A stretch of 35,010 nucleotides of DNA from Nanobdellati archaeon (lineage in GTDB: Archaea; Nanobdellota; Nanobdellia; Woesearchaeales; JAADFO01): contig JAADFO010000051.1 in assembly GCA_013152815.1 (NCBI GenBank), positions 1 through 35,010 on the forward strand, in the 5' to 3' direction. The notes under the pieces are model-generated. The model ran no database searches, was not told where the DNA came from, and saw only the letters and a program-made list of their open reading frames with translations. This document shows positions 18,308-27,153 of this stretch, piece after piece; position 1 is the first letter of the stretch, and each line of letters begins with the position of its first letter. Both the position numbers and the translations under genes were made by a program.

Positions 18308-19306
18308 ATGGGAATCATCAACAATTCCAAGACCGACCCCAACAAGATACTGCCCATGACCTACCACTGGGCGAGGCAGCACTACAAGGACGGCGTAGCC
18401 AACAACTGGACACCGGAAGAGGTGTCCATGCAGAAGGACGTGGAGCAGTGGAAGTCAGACAAGGTCCTGTCCGAGACAGAACGGAGGCTCATCCTCTGGA
18501 ACCTGGGGTTCTTCTCGACAGCCGAGTCATTGACCGCCAACAACATCGTCCTCGCGGTCTACCGGCACGTGACCAACCCGGAAGCGAGACAGTACCTGCT
18601 GCGGCAGGCCTATGAGGAAGCGGTGCACACCGATACGTTCATCTACTGCTGCGACTCGCTGGGGTTGGACCCGGACAAGATCTACACCATGTACCAGACC
18701 GTCCCGTCCATCAGAGGGAAGGATGATTTTGTGGTCGACCTCACGAAGAGCATCTTCGACCCGACCTTTGAGATCGACGGGCAGAAGAATATCCGACGGT
18801 TCATCCATGACCTCATCGGCTACTACGTCATCATGGAGGGAATCTTCTTCTATGCGGGCTTCGCCATGATGCTCGCCCTGAAACGGCAGAACAAGATGGT
18901 AGGGATAGGCGAGCAGTTCGAATACATCATGAGGGACGAGTCCCTGCACCTCGCCTTCGGCTGCGACCTCATCAACACCATCAAGAAAGAAAATCCTGAG
19001 ATCTGGACCAAGGAGTTCCAGGACGAGATCGTTGAGCTCATCAAGAAGAGCGTCGTCCTGGAGAAGGCCTATGCCAAGGACGCCTGCCCGAAAGGGCTTC
19101 TGGGCATCAACGCAGACCAGTTCTGCGACTATGTCGAACATATCACCGACCGGCGGCTGGAACGCATCGACCTCCCGAAACAGTACCACACCGAGAACCC
19201 TTTCCCCTGGATGAGCCAGTCGGTCGACATCTCCAAGGAGAAGAACTTCTTCGAGACAAGGGTGACCGAGTACCAGACAGGAGGATCCCTGGACTGGGAC
19301 GAGTGA
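18308..19306 (+). CDS. nrdB: Ribonucleotide reductase beta subunit, class Ic (R2c) signature
   Basis: FSTAESL (Glu ligand), EEAVHTDTF (Phe at the radical-Tyr position), MEGIFFY, RDESLH, NFFETRVTEY. Confidence 0.93.
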   Translation: MGIINNSKTDPNKILPMTYHWARQHYKDGVANNWTPEEVSMQKDVEQWKSDKVLSETERRLILWNLGFFSTAESLTANNIVLAVYRHVTNPEARQYLLRQAYEEAVHTDTFIYCCDSLGLDPDKIYTMYQTVPSIRGKDDFVVDLTKSIFDPTFEIDGQKNIRRFIHDLIGYYVIMEGIFFYAGFAMMLALKRQNKMVGIGEQFEYIMRDESLHLAFGCDLINTIKKENPEIWTKEFQDEIVELIKKSVVLEKAYAKDACPKGLLGINADQFCDYVEHITDRRLERIDLPKQYHTENPFPWMSQSVDISKEKNFFETRVTEYQTGGSLDWDE

Positions 19307-19369
19307 TGGCGAGATCCGGCAAAGATTTATATCCCTCTTCGCTTCTCTATCAAGAGGAGGTGATAGGAC

Positions 19370-19543
19370 ATGACAAGCATCTGGTGGATCCTGGGGATCA
19401 TCTGTTCGGTCTGGGTCATCTATGACGTCTGGGCAGAACAGAAGAACATGGACAACACCATGAAGATCGTCTGGACAGTGACAGCGTTGCTCTTCAGCAT
19501 CCTGACGGCCATCGTCTATTATTTTGTTGTCAAGAAGAGATAG
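19370..19543 (+). CDS. 57-aa two-TM protein, PLDc_N-like (not in the ORF track)
   Basis: MTSIWWILGIICSVWVIYDVW…KIVWTVTALLFSILTAIVYYFVVKKR; perfect GGAGGTGAT SD and CAAAGATTTATAT promoter. Confidence 0.85.
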   Translation: MTSIWWILGIICSVWVIYDVWAEQKNMDNTMKIVWTVTALLFSILTAIVYYFVVKKR

Positions 19544-19553
19544 AGGAATAGTG

Positions 19554-19630
19554 CTTTTTTCTTTTCTTTTTTCTGCATCTTTCTACAGAGAACAAAGCAC
19601 AGAAAAACACAGAACAGAAGAAATAAAGAA
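19554..19630. terminator. Bidirectional T-tract/A-tract terminator region between convergent genes
   Basis: T-rich tract after the + gene and A-rich tract (T-rich on minus) after rps24e. Confidence 0.5.
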
Positions 19631-20107
19631 TCACTCTTTCTTCGCTTCTTTGGGTGCAGCAGGCTTCTTCTCCTCGGCAGGAGCATCCTTCGCCTTGGGC
19701 TTGGGAGCATCTGCCTTCTTAGCTTCGGGGTCTGACTCCTTGGCCTCTTCCTTTGACGCTTCCTTCGGAGATTCTGCCTTCTTCGCCTCATCTGCCTTTG
19801 CCTTGGCATCGGCCTGGGCCTTCTCGGCCTTGGCGATGCGCTGGGCCAGATGGTCCTGTTCAGCGAGCTTCTTGCTCTCGTCATTGCCATAGACCATGGC
19901 GGTCACATACCCGGCGGTCTTGCCGAAGACCGCGTAGACCTTCTCGATGGACACCTGGGCCGGCTTTGCGCCTGCCGCTTTCGCGACCGCTGAAGAGATG
20001 TCGGTCCGGGAGGGTGTTGCTCCGTCGAAACTGAGACTGAACTTGTACCGGGTGCTGTCGAGCATGATGTTTTCCTTCTTCTCCATTTCTTTGAGTTTCA
20101 TGAGCAT
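19631..20107 (-). CDS. rps24e: 30S ribosomal protein eS24 with a long Ala/Lys/Glu/Pro tail
   Basis: KKEN.ML, GATPSR, IEKVYAVFGK…AMVY; follows rpoE1 with TGATG overlap. Confidence 0.85.
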   Translation of the reverse strand: MLMKLKEMEKKENIMLDSTRYKFSLSFDGATPSRTDISSAVAKAAGAKPAQVSIEKVYAVFGKTAGYVTAMVYGNDESKKLAEQDHLAQRIAKAEKAQADAKAKADEAKKAESPKEASKEEAKESDPEAKKADAPKPKAKDAPAEEKKPAAPKEAKKE

Positions 20108-20727
20108 CACTTCTTCTTGTCTTTCTTGTCCTTCTTGCCTTTCTTGTCCTTCTTGCCTGCGTTCATGTCGCCGGTCTCTTTCTTGCCTGACAGATCCAGA
20201 TCCTCCTCGACCCAGTCGAGACGGCCCAGACCGTTCTGGCGCATGGTAAGCCCGATCTTCGGGTTGGTGATCTCCTTGAAGGACGTGGCGATGATCCTCG
20301 CCCGGCAGATGTCGTTGACCTTGAGGCTCCTCTTGGAATCCTTGCCCAGGAGCACCTTGTCCTTGCCGAAGGAGACGAAGTCGTCCATGGTCTGGGAGAT
20401 GTGGATCATGCCGTCGATGGGTCCTATGTTGATGAACGCTCCGAAGTCAGCGATGTCCCGTATCTTGCCGGGGAGCACTTCCTGGAGTTCAGGCTTGAAC
20501 ATGAGCAGGCTGAAGACCGACTCGAAATAGGATGCGCCGTCGCCGGGGATGATGACCCCTTCCTTGATGTCCTCGACACCCAGGACAGCGACCATGACGC
20601 CCGATGTCTTGTCGATGTATCCCTCGAAGCTCTGCTTGAGGGTCTCCAGGACAGCCTCTTCGGTGGGGAGGTCAAAGTGCTTTGGCGATACGCGTACATG
20701 ATCGGTGAGTTTTGTTCGGTAAAACAT
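20107..20727 (-). CDS. rpoE1: DNA-directed RNA polymerase subunit E' (Rpo7)
   Basis: VRVSPKHF, EGVIIPGDGA, FGAFINIGPIDGMIHISQ, KIGLTMRQNGLG. Confidence 0.96.
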   Translation of the reverse strand: MFYRTKLTDHVRVSPKHFDLPTEEAVLETLKQSFEGYIDKTSGVMVAVLGVEDIKEGVIIPGDGASYFESVFSLLMFKPELQEVLPGKIRDIADFGAFINIGPIDGMIHISQTMDDFVSFGKDKVLLGKDSKRSLKVNDICRARIIATSFKEITNPKIGLTMRQNGLGRLDWVEEDLDLSGKKETGDMNAGKKDKKGKKDKKDKKK

Positions 20728-20757
20728 GCTATCCCTTCATCAGCTCTTATCCTTTCG

Positions 20758-21126
20758 TTATCCTTTCTTCTGCAGGTATCTCTTCTGCCGTATGAAGATC
20801 ACCCTTCTCAGGCGCTGCTTGAGGCCCTTGTCGTTGGTGGCCACATAGGCGTCCTCGGCACGGGCCAGGGAGACCAGGAGATCGTCGGTATGGCCTTCTT
20901 TTGTGGGCAGTATCTCGATCCTGCGCTCTTTTATCAGCCGGAGCGCCATCCTTGCCGGGAGCGCCTGCTTCTGATTGCCCTGGGCGAGCATTTCAAGCTC
21001 GCTGATGGTCTTGTCGACGATGGCGACCGTGTAGGGTTCGTCCATGAGGCGACGGAGCTCTTCGAACACATCCAGCCCGAGCTGGAATATGGCCATCAGG
21101 AAATTCGTGTCCAGGAGGACCAACAT
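20758..21126 (-). CDS. PIN-domain protein (archaeal Fcf1/Utp24-like)
   Basis: VLLDTNFL, TDD, VATNDKGLK; usual position upstream of rpoE1; TATA CAAACATTTATAAA on minus near 21150-21164. Confidence 0.9.
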   Translation of the reverse strand: MLVLLDTNFLMAIFQLGLDVFEELRRLMDEPYTVAIVDKTISELEMLAQGNQKQALPARMALRLIKERRIEILPTKEGHTDDLLVSLARAEDAYVATNDKGLKQRLRRVIFIRQKRYLQKKG

Positions 21127-21318
21127 TATGCACTCAGGGATTTGAAGCCATTTATAAATGTTTGGGGGCGCTCTGCTGTTTCCAGCCAAAAGAGCGGTCA
21201 GCGAGAGAGAAGCACAAAGTCTTCTGAGCACAGGGCAAGAGACCCCGCAGAAGTCATCACCTATCAGTGAGAAATGTTCGAAAGATTTAAATATGGATTC
21301 TGCAGTCTCTGCCCAAGA

Positions 21319-22308
21319 ATGGACCGGAACATCAACTACGTCTTCCCTATCGGACAAGAGAAGCCAAGATTCCTCCCGAAAGGCATCCACCGCTCAAGTA
21401 TGTACAAGGCCCTCGAACTGGAGCTGGAAGGAGGCGTCCACGCGCTCAAGGAGAAGCCAGAGGAAGTGAAAAAGCTCACCGGACAGGTCCACGATGACCT
21501 CCACTCCCTGGTCGACAGGACCTATCAAGAGGCATACATGGCTGCTGCAGGAGCAGAACAGGACAGCCCGGCAATCGGTGAAAGGGATGCTCATGGCAGG
21601 ATAGGAAAGGAAACCTGGCAACAGTACAGGACAGCGCTCGCCCCGTTGCTAGAAAAGAGCGCTCCCCAGACCAGGAAGATGATATTGGCCATGGCCTACA
21701 CCCTGGGTCTCGGTGCAGGCATACAGGCAGAGAAAGACTACGCGGCCAGAACAGGAACCGACCAGACAGTTTACCATACAGACCAGGACGGGCAGCGTAA
21801 CAGCGAAGAGCTCACTGCATTCGACCTGGATACTTTCTACGAAGCGCTCAGGATCCATCTTAAGGAAGATATCATCCTGCCGCTCAAGGAGAAGGATGCG
21901 ACCTATGGGATGAGGAAGGCCCTGCAAAAGGGAAAGCATCTTTGGCGACAGATAAGCGGACAAGAGAAGGCCGCAGAGCATGAGGACATCGTCGCCCATC
22001 TCAGACGACATCTGGAGCTGCCGCTGGACCGGTTCTACGGAGAGAACTGGGAGAACGGATTGGTGCAGAACAGGGAAAGCGTCCCGCTCCAGTATTTCCG
22101 CCTGGATGAGGAGAAGTGGCAGGAGCTCCAGAAGAACATCATCCACGTCATCGGACAGATGCCTGCGAAGAAGCAGGACTATGCAAGCCTCCTCGTCCGC
22201 ACCATCATCTACAGCGTCGCAAACCAGGGCCTGATAGACGGCAACAAGAAGCTCCGGAGCAGACGTCTGCCCAGGCCACGCTACGCATTCAAGGACGCTC
22301 AGGGATAG
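21319..22308 (+). CDS. Hypothetical helical protein
   Basis: Long ORF; start moved to ATG 21319 because a BRE/TATA (CGAAAGATTTAAATA, 21279-21293) lies inside the track's first codons. Confidence 0.75.
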   Translation: MDRNINYVFPIGQEKPRFLPKGIHRSSMYKALELELEGGVHALKEKPEEVKKLTGQVHDDLHSLVDRTYQEAYMAAAGAEQDSPAIGERDAHGRIGKETWQQYRTALAPLLEKSAPQTRKMILAMAYTLGLGAGIQAEKDYAARTGTDQTVYHTDQDGQRNSEELTAFDLDTFYEALRIHLKEDIILPLKEKDATYGMRKALQKGKHLWRQISGQEKAAEHEDIVAHLRRHLELPLDRFYGENWENGLVQNRESVPLQYFRLDEEKWQELQKNIIHVIGQMPAKKQDYASLLVRTIIYSVANQGLIDGNKKLRSRRLPRPRYAFKDAQG

Positions 22309-23639
22309 CACCTCCCCTCGGCAGCATCCTTTCCTTTTCCGTTCCAGGAGACGACGGCGACAGGTCCGACCAGGTCAGAAAGCATGACATCCGCGTCCTC
22401 GTTCTTGAGCCTGAAAAGTCCATCCTCTGCACGCAGAATTTTAGTCTCCTCCGGCTGCAGCACCGCAGTGAGCATCAGGGACAGCTTCCCTGACCGCAGC
22501 CGCCAACCTCTCATGTCCAGAGGACGAGCGTTGAGATTGGTGATTGCGACAGATTCTTTTCCTGCATCGTTCCCTTCCGGGTCTGGACAGACACGCAGGA
22601 AGATGTTCCTGTGGCCTGCCTCGACCTCAGGACGGGCCTTCCCTGTCAGGACAGCATATTCTTCGAGGAAAAGGGATGCGAACCCCGGATCATGGATGAC
22701 CAGAAGATCCTCGTCGTTGCGTCGATTGCCGTTGCGGGTGGGATTGAAGGAGCCGGTGACGACCGTCCTGTTGTCGATGATGAACACCTTATGGTGCATG
22801 TTGGCCGGATTCCGGTCTGCGAAGAGCGGGATGCCTGCATCCCTGAGCAGAGGATAGGCGGCATCCTTCTTCCGTGCTGATTCGTAGATGCCCTGGACAT
22901 CGATGCCCTGCCTGCTGAGATTGATGAGGATGTCAGCCAACGTCCGGGACGTGAAGGAGAAGGTCATGAAGACGATGGACGTGTCGGCCCTGGAAAGCTC
23001 TTCTGCCAGACGTTTTTCACAGCCGTCAGCAGGACAGACATAGGCCTCGAGCATCGAGGAAGGAGCATAGGCAGGCTGCGGGGAGATGACCGTTCCCTGG
23101 ACAGCAGAGAACGCCCTGGCGAAGAGAGCGGCAAGCGACGGGGAATCGAGCATCACCAGATTGTTGCTGTTCGAGAGACCGCCACGCAGCGTGGGATTGT
23201 AGGAACCCAGGGTGACGATCCTGCGGTCGATGATGCAGAGCTTGTGATGCATGAGTCCCGGGCGTCTGACCGGCCGGATGAACCCATAGGTCTCCAATCC
23301 TTTGCTGTTGCGCCGGTCCACCAGGACAGAGACGTTCACCGATGAGGATTTCCGTCTCAGCCAGCCCAGGAGCAGGGGATCATCAAGGTCATAGAAGAGG
23401 CAGGAGATGGTCGACCTTGCTCGGAGGAACATCCTGCCCAGGGCCAGGTCGCACCTTTGCCTGGGACAGAAGACGACAGAGAGGTTGGCTGCCCTGAGCG
23501 AAAGCGGCCCTGTCGTGCTCTCTCCTCTCTCATAGAAGGGCAGGAGCTGACGGGAGGAGACGAGCATTCCCAGAAAAGGCAGGAGGACGAAGAAGAGGAT
23601 GATGAAGATGCGTCTGCCATGCCGGTCAGGAGGGGTCAT
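22299..23639 (-). CDS. Membrane-anchored phospholipase D/nuclease with two HKD motifs and a C-terminal lamin-tail-like domain
   Basis: MHHKLCIID…GSYN, MHHKVFIID…TGSFN; PDPEGND…E.V.ITN…LDMRGWRL. Confidence 0.88.
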   Translation of the reverse strand: MTPPDRHGRRIFIILFFVLLPFLGMLVSSRQLLPFYERGESTTGPLSLRAANLSVVFCPRQRCDLALGRMFLRARSTISCLFYDLDDPLLLGWLRRKSSSVNVSVLVDRRNSKGLETYGFIRPVRRPGLMHHKLCIIDRRIVTLGSYNPTLRGGLSNSNNLVMLDSPSLAALFARAFSAVQGTVISPQPAYAPSSMLEAYVCPADGCEKRLAEELSRADTSIVFMTFSFTSRTLADILINLSRQGIDVQGIYESARKKDAAYPLLRDAGIPLFADRNPANMHHKVFIIDNRTVVTGSFNPTRNGNRRNDEDLLVIHDPGFASLFLEEYAVLTGKARPEVEAGHRNIFLRVCPDPEGNDAGKESVAITNLNARPLDMRGWRLRSGKLSLMLTAVLQPEETKILRAEDGLFRLKNEDADVMLSDLVGPVAVVSWNGKGKDAAEGRCYP

Positions 23640-23717
23640 GACCGTCGGGAGAAAGCAGGATTCATAGTCTCACCGGAAGAGAAGCCGGAAAGCATGCTCC
23701 TGCGCCGCAGAAAGGTC

Positions 23718-24224
23718 TCACTTCCGCAGAGAAGCGTCAAGATGGAGGAGGGCTTTTCCGAAGGCATGGCGGACGCTGGGAAAATCCTTCACCAGAGGAC
23801 CGAGAGGATCCTCTGTCTTCAGAAGGGCAGGAAACAGCACATGATGCCTCTTTGCATAGGCACGAAGCTCATCCATGGTGACCGACCCATAGAGCGCGTG
23901 GGAATTCCTGCACAGGCTGAGACGCCGGAAGGGGCGGTCGAAGAACCGGGAGATCAGCGCATCGATGGTGAGCGGCAGGAGCAGGAACGTCCGCCGTTTC
24001 CGGTACAATGAACAGACAGGGGCAAGGCTCTTCTGGTCCAGGGAGCGAAGCGGATGATAGGTCAGGGTGACCGGCAGGTTCAGGATGCGTCTCAGCAGGG
24101 CGAAGGAGAGCCTGTCGAAGACCACCAGGGTGTCTCCCTTCTGTAGGCCCAACATTCTCAGGGTCTTTTTCACACGCTGCTCCACAGGATGGACTGCCAT
24201 GGAACAGGGAAGGGACAGAAGCAT
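23718..24224 (-). CDS. Hypothetical protein, possibly a degenerate TtcA/PP-loop-family remnant
   Basis: EQRVKKTLR…LQKGDTLVV resembles the TtcA N-terminus but no SGGKDS loop follows; start uncertain. Confidence 0.55.
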   Translation of the reverse strand: MLLSLPCSMAVHPVEQRVKKTLRMLGLQKGDTLVVFDRLSFALLRRILNLPVTLTYHPLRSLDQKSLAPVCSLYRKRRTFLLLPLTIDALISRFFDRPFRRLSLCRNSHALYGSVTMDELRAYAKRHHVLFPALLKTEDPLGPLVKDFPSVRHAFGKALLHLDASLRK

Positions 24225-24299
24225 TACAATGTTTTGTCACCACTATTGAATACTTAATGACAGAAAAGCTTAAATAAGAGTTATACTACCCCTTAGTAG

Positions 24300-24470
24300 A
24301 AATCAACATATACTCTAGGACAGTAAACAATATATAATCCCAATCTATCACCTCTTTTCCTGGGATGGGGTTTCGGCTCCATCCTGGGTTTTTCAACACA
24401 GGACAGGATCACCTCTTTTTCCCAAGCAGGGTCTCTTCGGAGGCCCTGCCTGGGTTTAGCATCACTTCCA
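24300..24470 (+). ncRNA. Candidate small RNA with tandem anti-SD + UUCG hairpin modules
   Basis: ATCACCTCTTTT(T)CC followed by a hairpin at 24347 and 24408; G-U pairs favour the + strand; upstream GAAAAGCTTAAATA promoter-like site. Confidence 0.45.
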
Positions 24471-24544
24471 GCAACAGACATCCTTCTCTGAGAAGTCATG
24501 AAAAAAGTCGCAGTGGAGAAAGCGGAGGATGCAGGGAGAACACA

Positions 24545-26521
24545 TCATCCGGCCTTTGCCGTCGGTCTCTTCCGCCTGCCACGTCTGCTCTGTTCTTTCT
24601 GTTTCCTGCCGCCTTTCCGGACAGGAGCATCCTTGTTCTTTCGCGGAGAGAAGAGCACCAGACCCAGCAAGAGCCCGAGGGAAAGCCCGGTCAGGAGCAC
24701 CCAGACCATCGACAGGGGAATGGACGAGGGGATGAGCCCTTTCTTCTTCTGCTGGCCGAAATACATCTGCAGGTTGCTGAGCTCCAGGGCATACTCTGCA
24801 TAGATGAGAGCAGAGGAGACATCGCTATGCTCCAGGGAGCGTGCGTATTCGTAGTAGCTATAGCCGAGGATGGGGAACAGGCCGGCCTGGTCCTGCTGGA
24901 CGATGACCTGCCGCACCAGGTCGAGCTTCCGTCCCAGGGAACGGTTCAGGTTCTCCTCCTGGAAACCCAGGGCGTTCATCACCACGTCGGCCTCTGCCTT
25001 GGCCTTGGACGCCTTGAAGAGACAGAGCGCATAGTCCCCGTTCATCCTGTCCTGGTCAGCGTGATGGATCTCCTGCTGGGTGTCCTCCAACGGAAGGGGA
25101 AGGAACAGACGGACATAGTCGAGGCGCTCCTGGGCCTCGGCCATCTTCTCGGTGCAGCTCTCCTGAAGCGTTTTTTGGTCCAGGGAGAAGGTCTTGCCGT
25201 CGAGGCCAAAGAAGTGCGACCAGGAGGCGGCAGAGGCCAGCCGCTCGATGGCATAGGAAAGGTCTGCCGCATAGCTCTTGTTCGTGGCGAATGATTCGTT
25301 GGCACGCTCGAAGGACGTACGGGCATCGATGAGACGCTCCTGCACGATCATCATGGTCTGGAGGTCGGTGACGGTCTTCGGGATGCGGGCATCTACCTGG
25401 CCCTCTGCCGACCGGAGACGACGACCGAATTCATCCAGGAGCAGGGAGACGTTCTCCGGACCCATGTCCTGGACGATGAGGTTACGGAACTTCAGGCCCG
25501 CGCCGAAACAGAAGGAAGCAGAGGAATAGAGACGGGAATCCTGGAGGGCGACGAGGCCCTTGCCGAGCAGGTCCAGGCCCTGGTCCTCAAGGGAAGCGTT
25601 CCTGCCGGCAACAGAGCCCGGACGGCCAGGAAGGGAGACAGGAAGGGAGAGTGAACGGCGCATGCCTTCTGCACGGTTGCAGAGATTATGGGCAAGGGTC
25701 TCCATGACCTTCTGATAATCGGGTGAGATGGTGATGTTCTGGGTCGGCCTTTCCTGCCGGATGCCGAAGAACCTGTACAGGGCATCGTCGATCGTTGCTA
25801 CCTCCACCACATCGATGCCTATCTTCCGACCATAGGCGACCAGGTCGAAGGACCTGTTGTCCTCATCGATGTCGCGTTCGCCTTCAGGGATGAAGACCGT
25901 GGACAGCCCGAACTGCTGGGCCACCTGGATCTTCTGCTTCAGGCCGCCCACAGGACCGATAAGGCCGCCGGAGTTGATGGTTCCGGTGATGGACAGTTTC
26001 GGGTCGACGTCATAGTCCTCCAGGGCCGCGACGGTGAGGAGGGTGATGGCAGCACCCGCACTGGGGCCGCCGATGATGCTCGACGAGCTTCTGATGGTGT
26101 AGAAGAAGTCATAGCGGGAGCAGTCGATGGATGCCCGGTTGCAGGCCGTCTCCTTGGCGAACCGGGTGGAGAGCTGGGTGTCCAGCTTGGTCAGCGGAAA
26201 GCTGTCGATGAAGACCCTGCCTGACCCGGGCTTGACCTCGACATTCAGGGAAGCCATGCTTCCGGTGAGTCCGTCAGGACCTTCAGAGACCGCCAGGAGC
26301 TGGATGTCCTTCTGGACGGCCACGACAGACGGGCTGGCGAAAGAGACGAGCAGAAGGAAGGACAGGAAGAAGGCGAAGAGGGAAAAGGAGAGAGGGAGCG
26401 AAAACAGGACAGGAAGGGGACGGTTGCCATGCAGACTGGGCAGACGGGATAGACGCAGCAGACGCGACAGACGGGGCAGACGGGGCAGATGCAGCAGATG
26501 CTCTTTCCGGTGTCTTCTCAT
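24545..26521 (-). CDS. Secreted/membrane-anchored S16 (Lon_C-like) serine protease
   Basis: GSGRVFID, GGPSAG (Ser), TGTINSGGLIGPVGGLKQK (Lys); signal-like N-terminus and C-terminal TM. Confidence 0.9.
   Translation of the reverse strand: MRRHRKEHLLHLPRLPRLSRLLRLSRLPSLHGNRPLPVLFSLPLSFSLFAFFLSFLLLVSFASPSVVAVQKDIQLLAVSEGPDGLTGSMASLNVEVKPGSGRVFIDSFPLTKLDTQLSTRFAKETACNRASIDCSRYDFFYTIRSSSSIIGGPSAGAAITLLTVAALEDYDVDPKLSITGTINSGGLIGPVGGLKQKIQVAQQFGLSTVFIPEGERDIDEDNRSFDLVAYGRKIGIDVVEVATIDDALYRFFGIRQERPTQNITISPDYQKVMETLAHNLCNRAEGMRRSLSLPVSLPGRPGSVAGRNASLEDQGLDLLGKGLVALQDSRLYSSASFCFGAGLKFRNLIVQDMGPENVSLLLDEFGRRLRSAEGQVDARIPKTVTDLQTMMIVQERLIDARTSFERANESFATNKSYAADLSYAIERLASAASWSHFFGLDGKTFSLDQKTLQESCTEKMAEAQERLDYVRLFLPLPLEDTQQEIHHADQDRMNGDYALCLFKASKAKAEADVVMNALGFQEENLNRSLGRKLDLVRQVIVQQDQAGLFPILGYSYYEYARSLEHSDVSSALIYAEYALELSNLQMYFGQQKKKGLIPSSIPLSMVWVLLTGLSLGLLLGLVLFSPRKNKDAPVRKGGRKQKEQSRRGRRKRPTAKAG
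26432..26503. repeat. Degenerate 9-bp tandem repeat x8 (consensus CAGACGGGG)
   Basis: cagactggg cagacggga tagacgcag cagacgcga cagacgggg cagacgggg cagatgcag cagatgctc. Confidence 0.85.
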
Positions 26522-26546
26522 GGTCGTTCCTCACTGTTGTCTCTGC

Positions 26547-27143
26547 TCACTTGCCTGCAGCATAGTAGCCCAGGGTCGAACGCTCAAGCCCCCGACTCAG
26601 GGTGATCCCGAAATAGGTCATCTTGAACACCGATGTGCTGTTGACGATGTCGCAGTTCTCGAGGATGAAGCTGCGCTCCTCGTCTCGCTTGATGATGATC
26701 TGCTTCTTGAGCGTGTCGCAGCGGGTCCCGGAGACCGTCTCTATGCTCTTCAGGACCTGGTCGCCCGGCAGCCTGTTCTTGATCAGGAAATACATCCTCC
26801 TGCCCTCGCGGTCCACCTGGAGATCCAGGCAGCCGAAACCTCTGTCGAACTCGCATTCTCCGGGGCCCATGACGATGGAGTCGTTGACGATGAAGGACTC
26901 CTGGAATTCTGTCGAGAGGTTCTCCACCTTGCTGGTGAGCAGGCGCTGTATCTTCCCGAGGATGTCGTTGATGAGGGTCGTCGACTGTGCGATGGCGGTC
27001 CTGTTGGTCGTGGCATCGATGCCCGGGACATCTCCTGGCAACGAACGTATATCCCTCAGGTACATGACTGCGAGGATAGAGAAGAGTATCACGAAGAGTA
27101 TGATCAGACCCATCACTCCCCGAAAAGACCCCTTTTTCCGCAT
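26547..27143 (-). CDS. Membrane-anchored surface protein, pilin-like
   Basis: MRKKG followed by a hydrophobic helix; Cys pair CEFDRGFGCLD in the extracellular domain. Confidence 0.75.
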   Translation of the reverse strand: MRKKGSFRGVMGLIILFVILFSILAVMYLRDIRSLPGDVPGIDATTNRTAIAQSTTLINDILGKIQRLLTSKVENLSTEFQESFIVNDSIVMGPGECEFDRGFGCLDLQVDREGRRMYFLIKNRLPGDQVLKSIETVSGTRCDTLKKQIIIKRDEERSFILENCDIVNSTSVFKMTYFGITLSRGLERSTLGYYAAGK

Positions 27144-27153
27144 AGAGGACAGG

